A DNA stretch of 64,000 bases from Candidatus Kapaibacterium thiocyanatum (lineage in GTDB: Bacteria; Bacteroidota; Ignavibacteria; Kapaibacteriales; Kapaibacteriaceae). Location of the stretch: NCBI GenBank assembly GCA_001899175.1, contig MKVH01000014.1:8907-72906 (forward strand), given 5' to 3'. The notes beneath the pieces were generated by a model. It ran no database searches and was not told the DNA's origin. It saw only the letters and a program-made list of their open reading frames with translations. Position 1 is the first letter of the stretch. Each line of letters begins with the position of its first letter. Made by a program: the position numbers and the translations under genes. This document shows, piece by piece, positions 47,288-57,000 of this stretch.

Positions 47288-47343
47288 GCTCTGATTCTTG
47301 ATGCTGGTGTCGAATGATGTTGGGATGCCGCCGGACCCGCAAT

Positions 47344-47745
47344 TTATGTTCCGGAGGGTACATTTTCCTGAATCAGACCGAGAACTGCGCCGGCGGGATC
47401 CCTGATGACGGCGATCAGCATGTCGCCGATACGGCGAGGTCCGTTGACGACGGCCCCTCCACGCGCATTGACCTTGCGGACGCTTTCGGTCATGTCTGTC
47501 ACGGTGACGTAGATGATCCATTGGGCCGGGATGTCGGCATTCATCCCCCGGGCATGGCACACACCGGTCACGATCTCGTTCGTATCGGGGCGATGCATGT
47601 TGTAGTCGGCGTAGGTCTCCATGTCATGGTCGCTGGCCGTCCAGCCGATGACGTCCTTGTAGAAATCGCGTACTTCTTCGGCGTGGGGAACGGTAAGATC
47701 CTGCCATACGATCCGGCCGGGCGACGACGAGCTTGATTCGGACAT
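47344..47745 (-). CDS. VOC/glyoxalase family protein
   Basis: GRIVWQDLTV..A..VRDFYKDVIGW, WIIYVTV, AVIRDPAGA. Confidence 0.88.
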   Translation of the reverse strand: MSESSSSSPGRIVWQDLTVPHAEEVRDFYKDVIGWTASDHDMETYADYNMHRPDTNEIVTGVCHARGMNADIPAQWIIYVTVTDMTESVRKVNARGGAVVNGPRRIGDMLIAVIRDPAGAVLGLIQENVPSGT

Positions 47746-47847
47746 GACACCTCCCTGTGTATGAATGATGAATAGACGATGATACCGTTACAACATACGG
47801 CGAAGGGGCATAGTTCCGCAGGCGGCCTGTTGTCATATCTTGCGAAT

Positions 47848-48819
47848 ATGAACTACACCCGTCTCGGGCGTACAGCCCTCAGCGTAAGCCGACTTTGCCT
47901 CGGCACCATGAACTTCGGTCCGACCACGCCGGAGCGCGAATCCTTCACCATCATGGACCGGGCCCTCGAGTTCGGCATCAACTTCTTCGATACCGCCGAC
48001 GTCTACGGTGGCGAGAAGGGAAAGGGAGCAACGGAAGAGATCATCGGCCGCTGGCTCGCCCAGGGTGATGGGCGTCGTGATCGCATCGTCCTCGCTACGA
48101 AGGTCTACGGTCTTATGAGCGACGTGCCCAATGACCGCGGCCTGTCGGCCTATCACATCAAGCGTGCATGCGAGGCGTCGCTGCGGCGCATGAAGACGGA
48201 TCACATCGATCTTTATCAAATGCACCACGTGGATCGCATGGCGCCATGGGAAGAGATATGGCAGGCCATGGAGCAGCTCGTCCAGGAAGGCAAGGTCACC
48301 TACGTCGGATCGAGCAACTTCGCCGGATGGCATATCGCCCAGGCGAACGAGATCGCATCGAAGCGTCATTTCCTCGGTCTCGTGAGCGAGCAGAGCGTCT
48401 ATTCGTTGCGCAACAGGGCGGTCGAACTGGAAGTGATTCCTGCGGCACGCGCCTACGGTCTGGCCATCCTGCCATGGAGCCCGTTGGCAGGCGGCATGCT
48501 TTGTGGCATCTTCTCCAGCGACGATCATGTGCGCCGTGCCCGGCCCACCCTCCTCGCAGCGGCCGAGAAGCTGCGCCCGAGCGTCGAAGCCTATGAAGCA
48601 CTGTGCAGGGAACTCGGACTCGACTATGCCGACGTCGCACTGGCCTGGGTCCTTTCACGTGAAGGGATCACGTCGCCCATCATCGGACCTCGCACGATGG
48701 CCCAGCTCGAGGCGAACGTCAGGGCCGCCGATATCGTGCTCGACGAAGTGACGTTGAAGCGTCTGGACGAGATCTGGCCCGGACCGGGCGGGGCCGCGCC
48801 GGAAGCCTATGCCTGGTGA
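47848..48819 (+). CDS. Aldo/keto reductase
   Basis: Start MNYTRLG at 47848. LCLGTMNFG, FFDTADVYG, LATKV, IDLYQMH, WSPLAGG, PIIGPR. Confidence 0.93.
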   Translation: MNYTRLGRTALSVSRLCLGTMNFGPTTPERESFTIMDRALEFGINFFDTADVYGGEKGKGATEEIIGRWLAQGDGRRDRIVLATKVYGLMSDVPNDRGLSAYHIKRACEASLRRMKTDHIDLYQMHHVDRMAPWEEIWQAMEQLVQEGKVTYVGSSNFAGWHIAQANEIASKRHFLGLVSEQSVYSLRNRAVELEVIPAARAYGLAILPWSPLAGGMLCGIFSSDDHVRRARPTLLAAAEKLRPSVEAYEALCRELGLDYADVALAWVLSREGITSPIIGPRTMAQLEANVRAADIVLDEVTLKRLDEIWPGPGGAAPEAYAW

Positions 48820-48821
48820 TT

Positions 48822-50291
48822 CTAGAGGCGGATCCGCATCAGGCCTACGCAGAGGGAGAGGACGGGACGCTTCGTCGTGAACAGCGTGATGATGTCGCGC
48901 GACGAAAGTCCGAGCTCCCATACGCCGCCGAAGAGCGATGCCATGGCGCCGATGGGGATGAAGGTTCCCATGTTACCTCCGCCTCCGAAGCCCGTGCTCA
49001 CGCGCAGCCATATCAGCGGACGCCAGTCCACGCCGCCTGAGACGATCGGTTCGCCGAGCGATCCTGCGGCACGGTTGAATGGCACGACGGCGTCGATGCC
49101 GAAGCGCCAGCGCGAAGTATGATAGTAGGAGATGCCGCCGCGTATGCGGCTGGCCAGTTCCGATGTCGCCGTCGACAGGCCATTCCAACTGAAGAAGTTG
49201 CCTTCACCCGTGATCTTCGGTGCTTCCTCGAAGATGTTGTAGTTGTTGAAGCCCGTACTCGATACGCCGTTCAGGATCGTATCCTTCGCGATGAAGACGT
49301 TGCCGTCCCATCGCATGGCACCGAGATCCACCACCGATGCGGAGATCGTCCACTTCAGCCCGATCTCCGCGGTGAGGCCGATGTCGAGTCCCCATCCGTT
49401 TCCGACGCTGCGGAAGTCCTTGCCGGGAATGAAGGAGGGCGAGACCGCCTTACCGTAGCTGATACCGAAGACAGGACTGAGGGAAGAGCGTGCCATCAGC
49501 TGGTGGTCGCGCACTTCCGCGTCCATGTACGCATAGCCCATCAGATACTTGGCAGTTGCACCCGCATAGAGACGGAATCCCGGCACGTCGAGGATCTTGA
49601 GACCATACGAAAGCCCGAGCTCACGATACCACGTCATCGCCAGACGCGTGCCTTCGAACAACTGGGCATATGTCTGCGGATTGCGGGCATAGCCAACGGT
49701 ATCGCCCTTGTAGTTGACGCTGGTGGAATCGAAGTAGTCGTAGTACCTTCCTTCGAATGCCAGGCGGGATGCCGATTCATTGAAGATGAAGGTGCCTGAT
49801 ACACGTTCGTGCACGGTCAGGGCCAGGCCACCCCACTTGTCGGACTGATAAGAGATGGCTACCGGGATGATGTCGGCGCTGAATCGCAGGCCGTTGTCGG
49901 CGAAGGCACGTGCGGCCGCGAGCTTCTGTTCCGGTGTGAAGTCGAACGACGAGCTCTGGAAGACGGCATCCCAGAGGTCTCCGCGTTTCAATGCATCGGA
50001 ATGCGTTGCGAAGCCACCTTCGGCGACGGTGAACGACCAGTTACGCTTCGCCCGGTCCATGCCCCCATCGATGGGCGAACCCATGATGTAGACGTCGAAC
50101 TCGGGTACGAAGCCAAGATTGGCCGGATTGATACCGACACATTGATAGTCGCTCGCCGTGGCTGTCAGGAATGCCCCGAAGCCTATGCGGGAATAGTCGG
50201 CCGCTTCGGTCTGCGCATGCAGCGTGTTCACGCCGACGACGACACAGACGCATGCGACGACGCGCCACAGCATTCGTGAGCGAACCATCAT
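48822..50291 (-). CDS. Outer-membrane beta-barrel protein (DUF5723-like)
   Basis: Signal peptide; INPANLG; YRELGLSYG, GATAKYLMG, GWGLDIG, SVVDLGAMRW amphipathic strands. Confidence 0.7.
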   Translation of the reverse strand: MMVRSRMLWRVVACVCVVVGVNTLHAQTEAADYSRIGFGAFLTATASDYQCVGINPANLGFVPEFDVYIMGSPIDGGMDRAKRNWSFTVAEGGFATHSDALKRGDLWDAVFQSSSFDFTPEQKLAAARAFADNGLRFSADIIPVAISYQSDKWGGLALTVHERVSGTFIFNESASRLAFEGRYYDYFDSTSVNYKGDTVGYARNPQTYAQLFEGTRLAMTWYRELGLSYGLKILDVPGFRLYAGATAKYLMGYAYMDAEVRDHQLMARSSLSPVFGISYGKAVSPSFIPGKDFRSVGNGWGLDIGLTAEIGLKWTISASVVDLGAMRWDGNVFIAKDTILNGVSSTGFNNYNIFEEAPKITGEGNFFSWNGLSTATSELASRIRGGISYYHTSRWRFGIDAVVPFNRAAGSLGEPIVSGGVDWRPLIWLRVSTGFGGGGNMGTFIPIGAMASLFGGVWELGLSSRDIITLFTTKRPVLSLCVGLMRIRL

Positions 50292-51250
50292 GACGTCATT
50301 CTGTCGATCAACTCCGCGATGCGCACGGCCTCCGTGGCTTCCCGTGCCGTGACGGCGATATCGGCGCCGTGCGTGATGCTATCGAGAAAGGCGCGTTGTT
50401 CCTCGGCGATGGCATTGACGGGCGGAACCGGCGGTGTGTCGAAGACGATCATGCGATCTCCATGCTGCGTGCTGAGCGTGCCCAATGGTATCTGATGCGA
50501 CGGATCGAGTGCCGTACCGTCGATCAGCCGATACAGTTCCAGGCCGGGTGCTGCGAGGTCGAGCGAGATATAGCTGTCGCGCTGGAAGACGCGCATCTTG
50601 CGCATCGGCTTGGCCGTGATGCGCGAGGCCGTGAGGTTGGCCACGCAGCCGTTCGCGAAGGTGATACGTGCATTGCAGATGTCGGGCGTATCCGTGAGGA
50701 CGGCCACGCCCGTAGCGTCGACCTTGGTGACTTCGCTGCCGGTGAGCCAGAGAATGAGATCGATGTCGTGGATCATGAGGTCGTGCACGACGCTCACGTC
50801 GATGGCCCGTGGCTTGAACGGTGCGAGACGGTGTGCTTCGATGAACAGCGGCTGGACGTCCACATGTGCCAGTGCGCGAACGGCAGGATTGAACCGCTCC
50901 ACGTGGCCTACCTGAACCACCCTTCCGACGCGTTCCGCTGCGGCGAGAACGTCGAGTGCTTCGGTATGGGTGGCCGTGATCGGTTTCTCGATGAAGCAAT
51001 GCATGCCCCGTTCCAGGACGTCGAGAGCGAGGCGGTGATGCAAGGATGTCGGTGCCGCGATCGTGACGGCGTCGACGTCCGGCATGGCCTCGAGGGAAGG
51101 ATACCATGCTGCGCCGTGTTCTGCGGCTACTGCCCGGCCCTTCGTTTCGTCGGGGTCGACGATGCTGGCGAGCGTGACGCCTTCCTGCTGTGCCCAGAGG
51201 CGGGCATGAATCGTTCCGAGATGTCCTGTGCCGATGACTGCGATGTTCAT
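50288..51250 (-). CDS. Gfo/Idh/MocA family oxidoreductase
   Basis: IAVIGTGHLG, FIEKP, QVGHVERFNPA, DLMIHDID, ANLTASR. Confidence 0.92.
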   Translation of the reverse strand: MNIAVIGTGHLGTIHARLWAQQEGVTLASIVDPDETKGRAVAAEHGAAWYPSLEAMPDVDAVTIAAPTSLHHRLALDVLERGMHCFIEKPITATHTEALDVLAAAERVGRVVQVGHVERFNPAVRALAHVDVQPLFIEAHRLAPFKPRAIDVSVVHDLMIHDIDLILWLTGSEVTKVDATGVAVLTDTPDICNARITFANGCVANLTASRITAKPMRKMRVFQRDSYISLDLAAPGLELYRLIDGTALDPSHQIPLGTLSTQHGDRMIVFDTPPVPPVNAIAEEQRAFLDSITHGADIAVTAREATEAVRIAELIDRMTS

Positions 51251-51285
51251 GGAGCTGATGGATGTTGACGTTGTTACCGACTCTG

Positions 51286-52185
51286 TTACCGACTTTTCGG
51301 GTGTGCGTTCTTGTAGGCTTCCTTCAGCCGCTCCACGCTGACGTGGGTGTAGACCTGCGTCGTCGACAGCGACGAATGGCCGAGCATCTCGCTGACCGCC
51401 GTCAGGTCGGCCCCGTTATCCAGCAGGTGTGTGGCGAAGGTATGACGGAGGATGTGAGGACTTTTCCGTTGTGCTTCCGTAACGGGGCCGAGAACCCTGT
51501 TCACGATGCGCCATGCGCTGTTCGGAGTGAGGCGGCCGCCTCTGTCTCCGAGGAACAGTGCGGACTCGTCGCTCGCAGGGGAGAACGAGGCACGCAGTAC
51601 CTCGTAGGCCGAGATGGCATCGACGGCGGCGACGGTCACCGGGACGATGCGTTCCTTATTGCGTTTGCCCAGGACCCGGACCGTACGCGACGACATGTCG
51701 ATGTCGCCCAGGTTCAGTTGCAGGGCCTCGCTGATACGGAGGCCTGAACCGTAGAGAAGTTCGCACAGTGCCTTGTTGCGCGCTCCCTTCGGCGTGGAAA
51801 CGTCGAAGGACGCATACAGTGCGGTCGTCTCGTGTTCCTGGAGGAAGGAGGGCAGCTTGCGGTCGATCTTCGGGCTGGCGACGAGAGCTGCGGGATTGCG
51901 CGTGAGATCGCCGCTCCGCACGAAGAAGCGGAAGAGCGCCTTCACGGCGGCGAGCTTCATCCGAAGCGAGCGTTTGGCAAGGTTCCTGTCGTGCAGCCAG
52001 CCCAGGAACGGCCTGATATCCGCTTCGGTCAGGTCCTCGATCGCAGGTTCCGCTCCCCACGTCTCCGTGATATAGGCGGAGAACTGTTCCAGGGCCGTTC
52101 TGTAGGCGGTGACGGTATGGTCGCTCGCGCCTTTTTCGATCTCGAGGGCAGATAAAAAGGTCCGTATTCCTTCGGGAAGCTGCAT
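51286..52185 (-). CDS. xerC: Tyrosine recombinase XerC
   Basis: LYGSGLRISE, GKRNKERIVP, SPHILRHTFATHLL..GADL, LGHSSLSTTQVYTH. Confidence 0.88.
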   Translation of the reverse strand: MQLPEGIRTFLSALEIEKGASDHTVTAYRTALEQFSAYITETWGAEPAIEDLTEADIRPFLGWLHDRNLAKRSLRMKLAAVKALFRFFVRSGDLTRNPAALVASPKIDRKLPSFLQEHETTALYASFDVSTPKGARNKALCELLYGSGLRISEALQLNLGDIDMSSRTVRVLGKRNKERIVPVTVAAVDAISAYEVLRASFSPASDESALFLGDRGGRLTPNSAWRIVNRVLGPVTEAQRKSPHILRHTFATHLLDNGADLTAVSEMLGHSSLSTTQVYTHVSVERLKEAYKNAHPKSR

Positions 52186-52227
52186 CTCACAATATCCGTA
52201 AATTGGACGACTATTAAGCCGTTACGC

Positions 52228-53670
52228 ATGAAAGACATCCTTCATTACATCAATGGTTCCCTCGTTCCGTCGGCCGACGGAACGTGGCTCGATGGCGTGA
52301 ATCCCGCCACGGGCGACGTCTATGCCCGTGTGGCACGTGGGAGCAGGACCGACGTCGAGCGCGCAGTCGATGCCGCCCGCGCGGCATTTCCGCATTGGTC
52401 GGGCATGACGGCCCGCCAGCGGTCGGCCATCATGATGGCCATATCACGGAAGATCGGCGAGAATCTGGAAGAGCTGGCGCTGGCGGAAACCAACGATCAG
52501 GGGAAGCCGTTATGGCTGGCCAGGACGGTAGACATTCCCCGTGCGGTGGACAACATGGCGTTCTTCGCCACGGAGATCCTGCATACGGAGACGTCGACGC
52601 ACCTCACCGACAAGCACACGCTGAACTACACGGTTCGGCAGCCGCTCGGCGTGGTGGGCTGCATCTCTCCGTGGAATCTTCCGCTTTACCTGTTTACGTG
52701 GAAGATCGCTCCGGCCCTGGCGGCCGGTAACTGCGTGGTTGCCAAGCCCTCCGAACTCACGCCGATGACCGCCTGTCTGCTCGCCGGGATCTGCATCGAA
52801 GCGGGGTTGCCGCCCGGCGTCCTCAACATCGTCCATGGTCTCGGACCGGAAGCCGGTGCGGCCATCGTCGATCACCCTGCGGTCAAGGCCATCTCCTTCA
52901 CGGGAGGAACGTCGACCGGGCGTGCGATCGCGGCCACTGCTGCGCCCATGTTCAAGAAGATGTCGCTCGAGCTCGGAGGAAAGAATCCGACCATCGTCTT
53001 CGCCGACGTGGACATCGCCCATACGGCCCGCAACGTGGCCCGGGCGGCCTTCACCAACCAGGGCGAGATATGCCTCTGCGGTTCGCGGATCTTCGTCGAA
53101 CGATCGATCTACGACACCTTCCGGCAGGCCCTGATCTCCGAGACGGCCCGCTTCGTCGTCGGTGATCCACTCGACGAAGCCACGAAGACCGGGGCGCTGG
53201 TCAGCCGCGACCATATGGAGAAGGTACTCTCCTATATCCAGCTCGCCAGGGAAGAGGGTGGAACCGTACTCTGCGGTGGAGAGCGGGTGATTCCGGACGG
53301 ACGATGCGCCGGCGGCTTCTTTGTGGCACCCACATTGATAGAGGGATTGGATCCATTCTGCCGTGTCAATCAGGAAGAGATATTCGGTCCCGTCGCAACG
53401 CTGATTCCGTTCGACAGCGAGGACGACGTGATCACGTGGGCGAATTCCACGCCGTATGGTCTTGCGGCGTCGGTATGGACGAATACGCTGGCCCGCGCAC
53501 ATCGTGTGGCGCATGCCCTGGAAAGCGGTATCGTATGGATCAATTGCTGGCTCGTCCGTGACCTGCGTACGCCCTTCGGCGGCGTCAAGCAGAGCGGTGT
53601 GGGCCGTGAAGGCGGAGTCGAAGCGCTCCGCTTCTTTACCGAACCGAAAAACATCTGTCTGCAGATATGA
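52228..53670 (+). CDS. Aldehyde dehydrogenase, 2-aminomuconate-semialdehyde dehydrogenase-like
   Basis: ISPWNLPLYLFTWKIAPALAAGN, LELGGKNP, NQGEICLCGSR, WLVRDLRTPFGGVKQSG; coupled to a RidA-family gene. Confidence 0.85.
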   Translation: MKDILHYINGSLVPSADGTWLDGVNPATGDVYARVARGSRTDVERAVDAARAAFPHWSGMTARQRSAIMMAISRKIGENLEELALAETNDQGKPLWLARTVDIPRAVDNMAFFATEILHTETSTHLTDKHTLNYTVRQPLGVVGCISPWNLPLYLFTWKIAPALAAGNCVVAKPSELTPMTACLLAGICIEAGLPPGVLNIVHGLGPEAGAAIVDHPAVKAISFTGGTSTGRAIAATAAPMFKKMSLELGGKNPTIVFADVDIAHTARNVARAAFTNQGEICLCGSRIFVERSIYDTFRQALISETARFVVGDPLDEATKTGALVSRDHMEKVLSYIQLAREEGGTVLCGGERVIPDGRCAGGFFVAPTLIEGLDPFCRVNQEEIFGPVATLIPFDSEDDVITWANSTPYGLAASVWTNTLARAHRVAHALESGIVWINCWLVRDLRTPFGGVKQSGVGREGGVEALRFFTEPKNICLQI

Positions 53671-54089
53671 ACGAACCCGTCATCATCAATTCCGGGCGTG
53701 CACCGGAACCCGTGGGCGCCTATCCTCATGCCCGACGCGTCGGCAACCTCCTTTTCCTGAGCGGAGTGGGGCCACGCGAGCGTGGTACGAAGGTCATTCC
53801 CGGTGTCGATCTCGGGGACGACGGCTCGATACGGAGCTATGACATCGAGGCCCAGACCTTGAGCGTTTTCCGTAATGTGCGTGCCATCCTCGAGGATGCG
53901 GGGAGCGCATGGGAGAACATCGTCGACGTGACCGTGTTCCTCACGGACATGAAGAGGGATTTCCCCATCTTCAACGGACTCTATGCCGAGCATTTTACGC
54001 ATGTCCAGGCATGCCGGACGACGATCGAGATCGGCGCACTGCCGACGCCGATCGCCGTCGAACTCAAAGTGATTGCCACCATCGACTGA
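53667..54089 (+). CDS. RidA family protein, 2-aminomuconate deaminase-like
   Basis: APEPVGAYPHARRVGNLLFLSGVGPR, DVTVFL, CRTTIEI..LPTPIAVELK; ATGA overlap. Confidence 0.85.
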   Translation: MNEPVIINSGRAPEPVGAYPHARRVGNLLFLSGVGPRERGTKVIPGVDLGDDGSIRSYDIEAQTLSVFRNVRAILEDAGSAWENIVDVTVFLTDMKRDFPIFNGLYAEHFTHVQACRTTIEIGALPTPIAVELKVIATID

Positions 54090-54094
54090 CGGAC

Positions 54095-57000
54095 ATGACC
54101 AACTTCCTTTGTGCCCTTGTACTGACCCTCTCTGCCGTCGGTGCACTCGCGCAGCCACAGTTGTCCTACATCATTCCAGATATAGGAACGACGAGATTCG
54201 GTACCTATGTCGAATTCATCGGCCCGGCCAATCGTAACGGTAACTTCGGTACCGACGGTATCTATCTCAACAATCCGGGAGATGCGGTCCGCATCCGGTG
54301 CGTGAACGATGGAGATACGCTGAAGGTCAAGTTCGGACCGGCCGTCGTGAGCTGGAGCGGCCGTATGGTATCGTCCCACATCTACGTGCTGCCGACGATC
54401 GTACCGAATTCATCGGACTGGCGTCAGCTCGATGCTGCCTATCGCATTCCGATCGTCGTGGAAGTCAACGGTCAGCGTTCCAATCCCGATACCTTCTACA
54501 TCGTACGTCCGTTCTCGTTCGGTGACAAGCGCGCATCCGCCGATCGCATCATCGGCGAGGGGGCTCTCGGACAGCGTTCGCGTCGTGGAGCCATGCTCAT
54601 CGACAGTGCGCTGCTGGCTTCCGGCGCGCCCTATACGATTTCGATGCTCGACCCCGATACGCAGACGCCGGGTAATCAGGCCTTCCTGCCCTTCGTCCTG
54701 CTCGCCGTGGGCAACATCACGGGTGCCCCGACGGGTACGGAAATACGTGCCGATGCCAGCGGGCCCAATGGCGGTCCGGGCGGCGGCGGCGGCGGCGGGG
54801 GGTACGGTAACGCACCGTTGTTGGGTCCTGGCCAGCAAGGTACCGCCGGTGGAAACGGATATACGGGTGGTGGTCCTGGCGGACGCAATAACAGCGGCGT
54901 CAACGGCAGCAACAGCAAGCGTAAACCCGGTATCGGTTCCGGTGAGGACCTTCCGGAAGCCGGTCCCAACACGGTCGGCAGCAAATCATTGAACGGCACG
55001 AGTGGCGGCGATTCCGGTCCCGCCTACGAGAATGCGGGTGGCGGCACGGGGCATCCGTTCGGACAGAGCGGCCTCGCCTGCGATGCCCGTACGAGCTGCG
55101 ATCCTGCGGGACAGGCGGGCGGCGGTAGCGGACATCGCGATGGTCGGCGTGGTGGTGCCGGTGGTTTCGGTACCGACGGCGGTAGCGACAACGGTGCGAA
55201 CAACGGCGGCAAGACGCACGGTAACGTCAGCCTTATCCCTCTCGCAGGTGGAAGCGGTGGCGCCAGCGGAAATCCTGCGACGCTCGGAGACGTCTCGAGT
55301 CCCGGCGGCGGTGGTGGTGGTGGCGTATCGATCCACGCACAGCGTCTGGCCCTGTTCGATGTCTATTCGCTCGGTGCGGCAACATCGCGCCAGGACGTAC
55401 TCGCAGGATCGGGATCCGGCGGTGGAATCATCCTCGGTACGCGTCTCGACAACGCCGGTATCGGATTCACGAGCGGCCAGGCCTATGCACCCGACGTCAC
55501 CGGCTTCCTGACCGGTGGCCGTGGCCGTACCCGTTACGACGCACGTGTATCGGTGTCCAATACCTACTATGTAGGGCCTCTGACCGATACGATGATGAAT
55601 TCGCTGCGCGTGATCCGTCTTACGGGATGGGGGAACGGCAGCGATCTCCAGATCTATACGAAGGGCGAGCATGGTCCGTGGATCGCCGGTCCCCGCGTAA
55701 GCGGATACAGCGGCACGTGGAATGCTTCCTTCACGTTGCCCGGTACGGATACGCTCTACTTCATCAGCGTCGCCCAGAACGTTCCGCTGCCGAAGCGCAG
55801 CACCTACGAACACGATCCCGACTGGGTATTGTCCCAGTCGTCATGGAACATCGTCCGTATCTACGGCCCGCCCGTCATCGACGCTGCGACATCCGTGAAC
55901 ATGGGTCGCCATCAATGTTCGGGTGACGTGCTGCTCGATACGCTCGTCGTACACAACAGGGGCGAATCTCCGCTCGACATTTCCGGTCTGACCTGGCAGA
56001 ACAACAACGGATTCCGCGTCATCAGTCCTTCGTCACTTTCGCAGACGATCCAGCCCTTCGATTCGATGGACGTCATCGTCGAGTTCTCGCCGCTGGCCGG
56101 ACAGAATGGCGCCATCAGCGACATACTCAGCATCGTAAGCAACGATACGAATGCGACGCGCTCGACGTATCGTGTGACCTATACGGCCGACGTCCAGAAG
56201 GTCGATCTCACCTATCGCTGGAGCGGTAGCATCATCGATACCCTCGATCTCGGCGTGCGCTGCCTGGGGGCGGGAATCAGCGAGAACGTCGACGTCACCA
56301 ACAGCGGTACGCTCACCACGACCATCCTTCAGGTCTCATCGTCCAATCCGAACGTCGTCAATGCATCGACGAACGGACCGCTCGCACTGACGGTAGGCAG
56401 TACCGGTACGATCTTCCTCACGGGTGTCGTGCGGCAGACGGGCAGTGCTCTCATTCCCGTTCTCGTGCGCGTGGCCGAATGTCCGAATCCGGATACGCTC
56501 TGGGTCCGGTTCGAAGGTGTCGATGCCAACCTCACCGTCGTGGGGACCGGTCAGTTCGGTACCATTCGCGTCGGTGCATCGCGTCAGATCCTCATCGAAC
56601 TCCGTAACGACGGTGCGAGCGATCAGATGGTCGTGCCTCCGCCCGCCGTTCCATCGCCATTCCGCATCGTGGGCATGCAGCCCATGCTTCCAGCACTGCT
56701 GAAGCCTGGTACGTCGGTCATCATCACGTTCGAGTATGCGCCGCTGGCGGTCGGATCGCATACGACGGAAGTACGTTTCGTCACGTCGGCCGGTGGCCGC
56801 CAGTGCAGCGACACCGCCATCGTCGTCCTTGCCGGCACGGCCGTGCAGGCGAGCCTCGAACTGTCGAAGGAAGCGCTGATCATGGACCCCGTACCGCTCT
56901 GCTCGCGTGGAAGCGACAGCGTGACGATCACCAATCGTGGTACGGCCAGTATCCGGTTGCTCTATCCTGCATTTGTCAACGGTCCCGACGCGGCATCGTT

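Noticed and set aside
51272-51294. Direct repeat TGTTACCGACT x2 at the xerC stop, with GTTACCGACT also near 62644; considered as an att or dif site
   Set aside because: Too short, does not resemble a dif palindrome, and the genes between are housekeeping; likely a local duplication plus chance.
51286-52185. Tyrosine recombinase as a possible phage or island integrase
   Set aside because: Length and motifs fit chromosomal XerC; no tRNA, phage or mobility genes nearby.
54761-55530. GGC-rich tandem runs as a DNA repeat element
   Set aside because: They are glycine codons within a CDS; treated as a protein domain instead.
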